From the NCBI RefSeq assembly GCF_963921235.1, contig NC_086109.1:33110001-33170000 (forward strand): a DNA stretch of 60,000 bases, given 5' to 3'. The translations under genes were made by a program, and so were the position numbers. Every line of letters starts with the position of its first letter. Within the stretch, counting starts at the first letter, position 1. This DNA comes from Mobula hypostoma. Lineage: Eukaryota. Below the pieces are notes generated by a model. It was not told where the DNA came from. It did not search any database and was given only the letters and a program-made list of their open reading frames with translations. Positions 49,978 through 60,000 of this stretch are shown here, in pieces.

Positions 49978-50123
49978 CTTGATTACAATTGGTTGTATTA
50001 TTCGATGATTATACTTGGAAATATGTTTCCTGTCACTCACAGTTCCAACAGCACTCAGGCTAGCACATTCAGTACAGTTAGGTATCAGATGCTCACATCC
50101 TATATGACCCCAGTCATGAAAAA
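49978..50123 (-). CDS. C6orf89: C6orf89 (BRAP) orthologue, internal exon
   Basis: ttgcttgttacag acceptor, AAG|gtgaga donor, 146 nt, phase 1-0. FHDWGHIGCEHLIPNCTECA..IIQPIVIK resembles the recalled human segment ..IPANCTGCA..LHPLVIK. Confidence 0.8.
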
Positions 50124-50425
50124 CTGTAACAAGCAAAAAATAATTGTAATTAACACAATGGAAGTCATGCTTACTTGTTAAAGCATATAGGATCAGGAAT
50201 TCTCCCCCCACCATATAAAATAAATCTACATTAAAATCCACCTTTAAACTATTTTATAAATCTTTTTTGTAAAGTTCAACAATCAAATCTATAGGATATT
50301 TCTCTGGTGTTATAATTTTTTAATATTAAGATTGTTCTTTTCACCATTCCTCTGTTATTTTGTTCACCTGTAACTTCAGAACTTTTGTCTCTATTGTCTA
50401 TATCTTCTTATTTTCTTTTCTCATT

Positions 50426-51272
50426 TGTGACAAAAAACCAAGTTATCAGAAGATTGATGCTAATGAGAGAGAGAGATAAGGGAGACAAATGGAGAAATGT
50501 TCAAAATGTTAATGAGAGAGCAGAGAGATTAACGAAAAGAGACACAATTCAGAATATTGACAGACCGGTTGCTTTGAACCTGAACTGATTGAAGTTTGAT
50601 GGACAGGCAACATCCCAGCAGGGGGATATAAAGAACAGGTTTGCTAAGGCACGACACCACGAGATCACAAGATAACGAGACCCTGGAAGAGCGGCGTGCC
50701 CCCACAAGTTGGTAGAAGTTTGGAGGTCTGGTTCGCGGGAACCGACCATAGACTCACAGGGTGAAAAGGGACAATCGGCGGGAACCTGGTGTGTGTGTCC
50801 ACCCTTGCCTGGATGCCGGATTCACCGCGGAAGAACGGTCGTATCCGGAATGGAGGGGTCACAGTCGGTGACCACAGTGGGATAGAAGACATAAAAGGGT
50901 CCGCCCGAAAGCCAACTGCGAAGAACATCAAAGGTCTGCTTGAATCAAAATTTGCATCTCTCTCTCTCTCTCCCCCCAACGGCACAACAGCGATTACTGC
51001 GAACTACACTAAACTGAACTGAGCTGTTAACTGATCACTTAAGATTGATCATTTTACCCCTAGACTGAAATGGAGTTTCGTTGATTCCTATTACCCTAGT
51101 TCTGTGTACATGTGTATTTTATCATTGCTAACCTGCTGCATTTATATCGTTACGATTAGAGTACTGTGTTACTTATTTCTTTAATAAAACTTTATTAGTT
51201 TCTAGTAAACCAAACTCCAGCTAGTGGTCCATTTCTGCTGGTTTGGCAACCCAGTTACGGGGGTACATAACA
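50426..51272 (+). mobile_element. solo LTR (Gypsy/ERV-like), copy 1
   Basis: TGT..ACA termini, TATAAA at 50627, AATAAA at 51183; homologous end to end with the reverse complement of 54703-55537; flanks CATT/TATG do not match. Confidence 0.88.
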
Positions 51273-51714
51273 TATGATACAAATTATTTAGAGACTTGCT
51301 TGGGAGATTTTTGATATAAGTTTTCCCCTCGCATTCACAGATCAGCAAAAAAACAAAATCCTTTGTTAATAAATAATTGAAATTCACTTAAATATGCATT
51401 CCAGTAACCCAATCGTCCAGTTTGTATTTTTCTTTCTCCCTAAATAAATTAACATTACTACCAAATGCACATGGCACCAAAACATGCAAAGCAAAGCAAA
51501 TTCCCTGTTGGCTAGATTCTGCTTTAACTCTATCCACAAGATTGCAGATGATACCACCTCAGTGAGTCGAATCCCAAATAACAATGAATTGGAATACAGG
51601 GAAAGAGAGAGAGCTCAGTATCATGGTGTCATGACAACAGCCTTTCCCTTAATGTCAGCAAAACAAAAAGCTGGTCATTGACGTTGGTGGGGGTGGGGGA
51701 GGGGTGGAAATGAG

Positions 51715-53135
51715 ACAGTGCACATGCTCCTGACTACATAAAACATACTGGGATTGAGATATTCAAATTCCTAGGAGTTAACACCACAAATAGCCCATCC
51801 TGGTCCAACCATGTAGACACCGCAGCCAAGAAAGTTCACCAATGTCTCTACTTCCTCAAGAGGCTAAAGCATTTTGGCATGTTCCCAGTGATCCATTCTG
51901 ACTTTTATTGAAGCACCATAGAAAGATTCCTATCTGGGTGCATCACGGCTTGGCAATTTCTCTGCAGTAACTGTAAAAACTGCAAAGAGTTGTGCTAATC
52001 TGTGTCCACATCACAGAAACCAGCTTCTCCTCCATGCACTCTAAAAGCACAAATCACCAGAGGAGGGAATCGGAGCTCCAGTAATCTGTCCTCATTGGAG
52101 GATCAGAGGTGGAGAGGGTCAGCATCTCTAAATTCCTCAGTATTATCATTTCAGAGGATCTGTCCTGGACCTTGCATGCAAATGCAATTATGAAGAAAAC
52201 ATGGCAATGCCTCAGCTTCCTTAGAAGTTTGCAAAGGCACCAAAATAAAAAGCTAGGGAGAGGGGAAGGAGGCTAGCTAGAAGGCAAGAGGTAAAGCCAA
52301 GTGGGTGGGAAGGACAAAGGTTGGAGAAGAAGGAATCTGATAGAAGAGAAAGGTGGACCATAGAAGAAAGGGATAGAGAAGGGTACCCAGGGAAAAGTAA
52401 CAGACTGATGAAAAAAGGTAAAAGGCCAGAGTAAGGAATGGAAAATGAGGGGAGGGAAGGGATTTTTTTTTTACTGGAGGGAGAATTTGATATTCATGCC
52501 ATCAGGTTACAGGCTACCCAGACCTCTGTAGATGTGTGGTGGAGAGTACACTGACTGGTTGCATCACATGTGGTGGAGAGTACTTTGCCCTGTATGAAAA
52601 CATTAATGCCCTTGAATGGAAAATCCTACAAAAAGTAGTGAATATGGCCCAATACATCACAGATAAGCCTTCCCCACCATTAAGCACATCTATATAGTGT
52701 GCTGTTGCAGGAATTGCATCCTCCATCACGGACTCCCACCACCCAGGTCATAATTTCTTCTCACTGCTGACATTAGGAAGAAGTATTCTCAGCACCCAGG
52801 TTCAGTAACATTTATTGCACCTTAACCATCAGGCTCTTGAACCAGCAGGGATAACTTCACTCTCCCCATCACTGAACCATTCCTGCAACTTATGGACTCA
52901 CTTTGAAGGACTCTTCATCTCATGTTCCCTAATATTTATAGTTTATTTATTTATTATCATTACTTCTTTCGTATTTTGTACTTGCACAGTTTGTTGTCTT
53001 TTGCACATTGATTGTTTGTCCATCCTGTTGGGTGTGGTCTTTTGTTGATTTTGTTATGATTCCTGGACTTAAAAAGTATGCCCACAAGAAAACGAACCTC
53101 AGGGTTGTATATGGTGACACATGTGTACTTTGCCG
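51715..53135. mobile_element. cluster of decayed Rex1/Babar-like fragments (+) with a Penelope pLTR piece (-, ~52240-52520)
   Basis: FKFLGV..SWS.H..AKK.HQ.LYFL-type remnants at 51760 and 52130; purine-rich pLTR ending tattcatgccatcaggtt. Confidence 0.65.
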
Positions 53136-53296
53136 ATGGTGAAAAGACTTTAGGGTGTTTCAAAATGAGTCACTTGCTGCAGGATATCCAATTTCTGAAC
53201 TGCTCCTGAACCCATGGTACTTATGTTAACCCCCTTCCCCACAATGATGATGGTTAGCAATGCCATTGAATGTCCAGGGTAGTTAATTAGACTCTA

Positions 53297-53835
53297 CACT
53301 CAGTAGCCATTTTATTAGGTAACTCCTGTACCTAGTATAGTGGTCAATGAGAGTATGTTCATGGCCTTCTGCTGCTACAGCCCATCCACTTCAAGGTTAG
53401 GCATTCAGAGATGCTCCTCCGCACACCACTGTTGTAACGCATAGTTATCTGAGTTACTGTTGCCTTGAACCAGTCTGGTCATTCTCCTCCAACATTTCTC
53501 ATTAATAAGGCACTTTTTGCTCACAGAACTGCTGTTCACTGGCTGTTTTTTTTTGTCCAATTCTCGTAAAGTTTAGAGAATGTTGTACATGAAAATCCCA
53601 GGAGATCAACAGTTTCTGAGACACACAAACCAACCCGTCTGGCATTCCATGATCAAAGTCACTTAGATCACATTTCTTCTCCATTCTGATGTTTGGTCTG
53701 AACAACAACTGAACGAACATCTTGACTATGTCTGCATGTTTTTATGCACTGAGTTGCTGTCACATTTTTGGCTGATTAGATATTTGTATTAACGGGCAGA
53801 TGTACACATGTACCTAATAAAGTGGGCACTGAGTG
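53297..53835 (-). mobile_element. non-autonomous Tc1-like element, copy 1
   Basis: TIRs CACTCAGT(G)GCCAC/TTTTATTAGGTA, flanking TA dinucleotides, transposase N-terminal remnant MEKKCDLSDFDHGM. Confidence 0.88.
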
Positions 53836-54702
53836 TATGTTGAAAGGGATAAACACTTTCCAAGTGAAAGGCAAACAAATGGTACTTTTCCTTATTCCAA
53901 GTCATTTCATATTCAGCAAAGGGGCTTTTTCAAAGACATATGTTATGTATTAGCAATGAAAAGTTGACGCCCTTTCACTTAACTGCATCTGTAGAAAAGA
54001 TGATGTCCCATGAGGACTGTCCAGCCATGCACAACAAGCATTGGCTGTACTTTACATCCTGTTGCACTGACACATTTCTTGACCTTAATGGTAACACCAG
54101 ATAAATGTTTTGTTAAAAAGACAAATGCTAGTTTAAACAAAAATAAATTTGGAGGTAGAAAAAAAAACAAAAAGGAAAATACAGAGAAGAATTATAAAGT
54201 ATATTTTAAAAGTGGAGGAAAGCAAAGATAGGTTATTGGAGAAAATAATGACCAAGTAATCTTGGGTGTTTAAAAGACTGTGTGATAAAAGAAATCTTTT
54301 TTTTTTGTTTATTTTACAAAGGCTGCTTTTTATTTCAGCTAAGTACTGTACAAGTGACAGAATACAAGTCTGAGCTAATTAACATTCTACAAAGTTTGAA
54401 GCTGCAAATAAACAGAATGATAAAATTTCAGCAAACATCTACAAGATGAAAGTTCAGTTAACTTTATCAACCGAGTCTGGAGACCAGTCTCAACCAGGAG
54501 AAGGGCCCAAAAGAAAATGTGGCAGTGACATTCCTAATCCCAGCATTATCAACCATGTTGGAGGATTGCATATAAAGTCCAATAAAGAATTATAGAGAAA
54601 TTTCAATTTACAGCTTATAAATATTCTAAAAATCCCTGTGATTGGGTCACTTTTAGTCATAAGAATGTGTGCGAAAATATAATACCAACACTACATTTCC
54701 TG

Positions 54703-55537
54703 TGTTATGTACCCCGTAACGGGGTTGCCAAACCAGCAGAAATGGACCACTAGTTGGACTCTGGATTACTAGGAACTAATAAAGTTTTATTAAAGAAATA
54801 AGTAACACAGTACTCTAATCGTAAGGATATAAATGCAACAGGTTAGCAATGATAATACACACAGGTACACAGAACTAGGGTAATAGGAAACAAACCAAGC
54901 TCTATCGCAGTCTAGGGGTAAAATGATCAGTCCTAAGTGACGCAGAGTTCAGTTCAGCTTAGTACAGTTCGCAGTAATCGCTGTTGTGCCATTGGAGAGA
55001 GAGAGACAGATGCAAATTTTGAGTCAAGCAGACCTTTGATGTTCTTCGCAGTTGGTTTTAGGCGGACCCTTTTATGTCTTCTATCCCACTGTGGTCACCG
55101 ACTGTGACTCCTCCATTCCAGATACGACCGTTCTTCCGCGGTGAACCCAGCACCCAGGCAAGGGCGGACACACTCACCAGGTTCCCACCGATCATACCTT
55201 TTCACCCTGTGAGTCTATGGTCGGTTCCCACGAACCGGACCTCCAAACTCCCACCAACTTGTGGGGGCACACCGCTCTTCCAGGGTCTCGTTATCTCGTG
55301 ATCTTGTGGTGTGTGCCTTAGCGAACCTGTTCTTTTTATTCCCCTGCTGGGGTATCGCCTGTCCATCAAACTTCAAACAGTTCAGGTTCAAAGCAACCGG
55401 TCTGTCAATATTCTGAATTGTGTTTCTTTTGTGTTAATCTCTCTCTCCTCTCTCATTAACATTTTGAACGTTTCTCCATTGTCTCCCTTATCTCTCTCAT
55501 TAGTATCAATCGTCTGATAACTTGGTTTGGCGTCACA
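54703..55537 (-). mobile_element. solo LTR, copy 2
   Basis: TGT..ACA termini; 4-bp TSD CCTG at 54699-54702 and 55538-55541; minus-strand AATAAA at 54786-54791. Confidence 0.92.
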
Positions 55538-57982
55538 CCTGTTAATTTGTCCTCATGTCCAATCAGTGTCATACTATAAAGAACTTGCTTCAGAAGATGG
55601 TAAATAACAGTAATTCTCTACACAAGAGAGTTATGGAGGCCAGATCAATGGGGATATTTTGAGAGGAAGCAGGTAAACCTTTGAAAGACCACAGATATGA
55701 GGTAACAAGGAAATGGCATAAAGACCAGATGAGAACCAGGGATGGATCAGCCAAGATCACATCAGATGGCAGGAGAGGCCTGGGAGTCTGCACTGTTGTG
55801 TGGCCTTCTTCTGCTCTTATTTTCATATGCTGACTGGAACTAAATTAGTTTCCAGAGCAAATAGTAAATTGGATGTAGGAATTTAACTTTTCTTCCAATT
55901 TGTCAGCATTCTGCAGCAACTTTGTTCTAGTTATTTTCATTGAACAACGTTAATAAATTATACATCCATTGATAGCATTGTAAATCTTACATCTCAAATT
56001 ACCCTAATCTCTTTGCTCAAGTTTTTTTTTTCATTTTTCAAAGCAATAAGCCACTCATCCATCAAACCTGTTCTGCCATAAGTGAGATTACAGTGAATCT
56101 GCTTGAAACTTCAACTCTACATTCCTATCGGATGAATTCCTATTATCCATTCAACACTTACTTACCAAAATCTATCTCATCCTTAAAATATACAGCAGCT
56201 GTTCCACTTCCCTTTGAAAAACTAAGTGATAAAGACCCATGCCCTTCAGAGGAAAAAAATCTGCATGTCACATTTACATTAAATGAGCGACTGCTTGATT
56301 TAAAACAAGTGAACCCCTCATCTTATATTCTCCCTCACTAAGGAAACTTTGCCAATATCCACCTTGTCAAGATCCTCAGAAACTTATACATTTCAATAAG
56401 TTCCACTTACTCTTCTAGTCCTGATCTGCTCTCCATGATGTGAGATCTTCCTAACATAAAGTATGGAAAATTAAGCACATTACAAGTGCAACACAATTAA
56501 TTATTTGGATATATTTAGTTGCACTTTATGAATCCAATTATAAAACCTAGATCTAGAATTTTATGCCAATACAAGCAATACTGAAAAAGAGACAAATATT
56601 TTGCTTAAAACAGGTTTCAAATGCAAAAATCCACCAGATCATCACTTCTCTACCTGAAAACAAATCAAGGTGATTGTGGATTCTTAAGATACTGGCCATG
56701 ACTATTATATCATCTCAAAGAATTAATTTTAAAAAGTTGCAAGTCAAAGAAAAACTTCTGAAAACTTTTATTTGCGAAGGCCTGCACATTTTATCTATAT
56801 TTACTCTTGCCCTACAGAAATTAATGTCAGATCAAAGTCACAACTTGCCACAGATTTTTATCTTCGTGTGTACCAATATTGCTTCAGGCTACGAGGCACA
56901 CTGCAATTTCGTTTGGTGAGAATGAAAAATTCAGGATCTTATCAAATGAATGAATAAGACGAATCCTGGGTAACAGGATAGTTAAAGGTTTACTATTACT
57001 AAAACTGCTTGTATTAAACTAAACTGAACTCTTGTATTCATTACAATTATGGCTCAATGTCAACACAATCTTATTTTTATGTATTTAAAAAGCAAAGAAG
57101 CTTTCCACCTCAATACGGTCACAGTTTGTTACCTCAATATTGAACGTTTTGCACTTAACACAAGGATTTGCCTTTCTGTAATGCATTATAGTTCTAAATG
57201 CCAAGGTTAGATGCCACCTACAGCTGAAGTGAAAGTTAAAATAAAGCAATGTCATGCAGTTGTCTTCCTTTTGTATGATTTACTGTTTCAAATGTGTTAC
57301 AAGGTACTTCTAACTTCCAGATGTATTACAGACAAAGACTAGAAGACTTTTAAAATTCCATGGCTGGAAATGATAATTGTGTCCAAGCACAGCAATGAAT
57401 CCAAAATAAACATTCAGCAATGTTTCCCATGTTATTAAAAATACACACCCACAATTAATATGTTTTTGTCTGCTAATCTAAATCTGAACTAAATTCCATT
57501 TGTAAGTGCACTTTTTCATTATTTTGCATCTGTTACTGTTTTAGCTGGAACTACCTCAGTACACTGTGTAATGAATTGATCTGTAGGAACAGTATGCAAG
57601 AGAAAATTTTCACTGTACTTTGGTATATTTGACAATAATAATAGCCAATTATGCCACACAGTATGCCCTAATATTGAAAGAATATAAATTAATAATTGTT
57701 TTGATGGTACTGATCATTGGTTCCTATAATAGAGCATACAATGATTTATATCCTCAAAAGTCAGCAATGACTGAATTAATGGAACTACTCAGATACTCCT
57801 TTGCACTTAAATATCAGCTATGATAAAGTGCTCAGGCTCTGAAATGAGCAAATTCCAACTTATAATGCAATGCACAATAAATCACACACTAAGCGGCTTT
57901 AGAAATTACACAACTAAAAGTAGGAGTATTGCAAACAATACTAGGGAAAAGAAGAGAGGACAGGACATTAATAACCACATTA

Positions 57983-58539
57983 ACTCAGTGGCTACTTAGT
58001 TCACAAGTAGAGCTGTTCGTTAATGCAAATATCTAATCAGCTAATTACGTGCCAGCAACTCAATGCACTAAAGCATGCAGACATGGTCAAGAGGTTCAGT
58101 TGTTATTCAGCCCAAACATCAGAATGGGGAAGAAATGTGATCAAAGTGACATTGACCATGGAATGATTATGTTGGTGCCAGAGGGGATGTTTTGAACATC
58201 TCAAAAAATTGCTGATCTCCTGGGATTTTCACATACAACAGTCTGTAGAGATGACAAAGAATGGTAATGAAGAACAAAACAAAATTTCAGTTCTGTGGGT
58301 GAAAACGCCTTGTTAATGAGAGAGGTCAGCGGAGAATGACCAGACTAGTTCACGCTGACAGGATGGCTACAGAAACTCAAATAACCATGCGTTACAACAG
58401 TGGTGTGCAGAAGAGCAGCTTTAAACACGTGACACATCGAATCTTGAAGTTGGAGGGTTACAGCAGCAGAAAACCACAAACATAGACAGTGGCCACTTTA
58501 TTAGGTACAGGAGATATCTAATAAAGTGGCCTCTGAGTG
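57983..58539 (+). mobile_element. non-autonomous Tc1-like element, copy 2
   Basis: Same family as 53297-53835 in the opposite orientation; atggggaagaaatgtgatc (MGKKCD); right TIR ..aataaagtggcctctgagtg|TA. Confidence 0.85.
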
Positions 58540-58709
58540 TAGGTACCATATACAAAATAAAAATACACATGGATATCTAACCAAAAAAAAACTGTACCCC
58601 TGGAAATACCAGAGAGCTAAGAAATCCTATGCAAATATTTGAAAACAGTGCCATCATCACTCAACAAGTTGTAAACACTTCTGTTTAATGGTTTTTGATT
58701 GACAGTGAA

Positions 58710-59332
58710 TTAGAAAACTTTAACCTCTTCAGCTCGTTGGATGATTGCATTTCTTACATTAATGGCTAGAAGATCCATTTTGCTGAATTGGAAAGAGATT
58801 AATCCTCCTACCACATTTCATTGGTTCTCTCAAACTATGCTGTGTTTAAATTTGGAAAAAATTAGAAGTGTTGTTTATGATCCCTCTATTAAATTCGTAA
58901 AGACTTGGAGGCCATTTATTTAACATTTTCATATGACATAATTTGATCTTTTCCAAACTTACTTTATTTCTTTGTAATATTGGTTGAGAGGAATGGAGTC
59001 ATCGACACTAAGGTTTCCTTTTTTTATGATATTACATAACAGCCCATGTCTTTGTTTTTAGTTTAGTTGATTAATACTGTTTAGATTGTTTTTTCTGGGG
59101 GGGGGGTTATAGTTTTATTTTTTTTCTTTTTCGTGTTTTTTTTCAGATTTTTTCTTTGTTTTATATTGTTTACCTGTATCCTATATAATTGGGAGTTTTA
59201 TCATTTAAGTGCCAACTGGCTTTTTAATTAGCTATGTCAATTATAACAACGTATTCCCAATAACTTTGTACCATTACTATGCTATGTGTATTATTATGAA
59301 ACTAATAAAAAGATTGAAAAAGAAAAGAAAAA
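58710..59332 (+). mobile_element. L1-clade LINE 3' end
   Basis: IAFLTLMARRSILLNWKEINPPT..LEKIR..KFVKTWRPFI* (fish-type L1 ORF2 end), T-rich 3' UTR, AATAAA at 59304, A-rich tail. Confidence 0.85.
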
Positions 59333-59993
59333 TGCATAGTCAGCTATGAAACAAACTGCATTAGAAATATTTTGAAAAAGATAGACTAATCATGAATTTA
59401 AAATATTCTACATTCAGACCTGAATTAAGTTATTTCTAAACTTCTTTCAACTTTCTTTCCAAATGGTAAGCCAGGGTCAGTACGAATTTAGTTTACAGGA
59501 AGTATGATCTCATGAAAGTGCACATGCTGGAAATCTGAAATAAGAATAGAAACTCCTGTGAACACCCAGGAAGCCTTTTATCACAATTTAAGGAACAACT
59601 CATCTTCTGTATAAACACACTGCAACCTTCCAGACTCAGTATTAAACTGCCTGATTTCAAAGAACTCGCTTCCTGGGGTCCAGTTTCATATCCAATACTC
59701 TAATATTAAGTCTCCCATTCTGATCAAGGAAAACAAGCATTTTAAAATGCAAATTCTTCAGTAATATTGATTCCAAGGATATTGTTATCTACAAATCATT
59801 CCTTTTTTTAAAGTTGAAGTATAAGAACTAGCCATTTCTGCAAGTCACCCTTGTTGTTCTGGCTCAGTTGTTCTCTCTCCATTTGTAGAGTGACCTACTG
59901 GGAATGTGCCATAGATAGCCCGACTAACAGCAATACGAAACACAAAGAAACGTAACCTTCCTCTAACTGCCACATTAGCCCATTTGGTCTTAC

Positions 59994-60000
59994 CTATTAG
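59994..60000 (-). CDS. C6orf89: probable 3' end of the next upstream C6orf89 exon (truncated by the window)
   Basis: Strong donor AG|GTAAGA, compatible with a phase-1 join (CTA ATA G|) to the acceptor at 50123. Only 7 nt are visible, so the frame cannot be confirmed. Confidence 0.4.

Noticed and set aside
50665..55301. Similar ORFs in the two LTRs (MSSIPLWSPTVTPPF..)
   Set aside because: The similarity simply reflects the duplicated LTR; the ORFs are antisense to the LTR, differ in length and have no domain signal.

Overview
Vertebrate genomic DNA; the repeat families suggest a cartilaginous fish, probably a ray (inference). Two spliced genes were reconstructed by hand on the minus strand. 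(1) An apparently complete PI16-like CAP-superfamily gene: 5 coding exons at 26236->4724, about 335 aa, with a signal peptide, CAP domain, Cys hinge and a stalk of perfect 30-bp repeats. (2) The 3' part of a C6orf89 (BRAP) orthologue: 5 in-phase exons at 50123->34360, four of them absent from the ORF track, plus a probable exon end at the window edge. This is the same order and orientation as in human. The rest is a dense, often nested mobile-element landscape: CR1, Rex1/Babar-like, Tx1-like and L1 LINEs, Penelope-like (GIY-YIG) elements, two inverted solo LTRs, Tc1-like and hAT MITEs, and tRNA-derived SINEs. The most notable signals are minimal type I hammerhead ribozyme motifs in Penelope pseudo-LTRs (one in sense orientation in PI16 intron 2), a fold-back Penelope element upstream of PI16, possible alternative PI16 C-termini, and a 33-bp copy of a C6orf89 splice acceptor captured inside a nearby repeat. 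Repeat boundaries are approximate unless a TSD or TIR is given.
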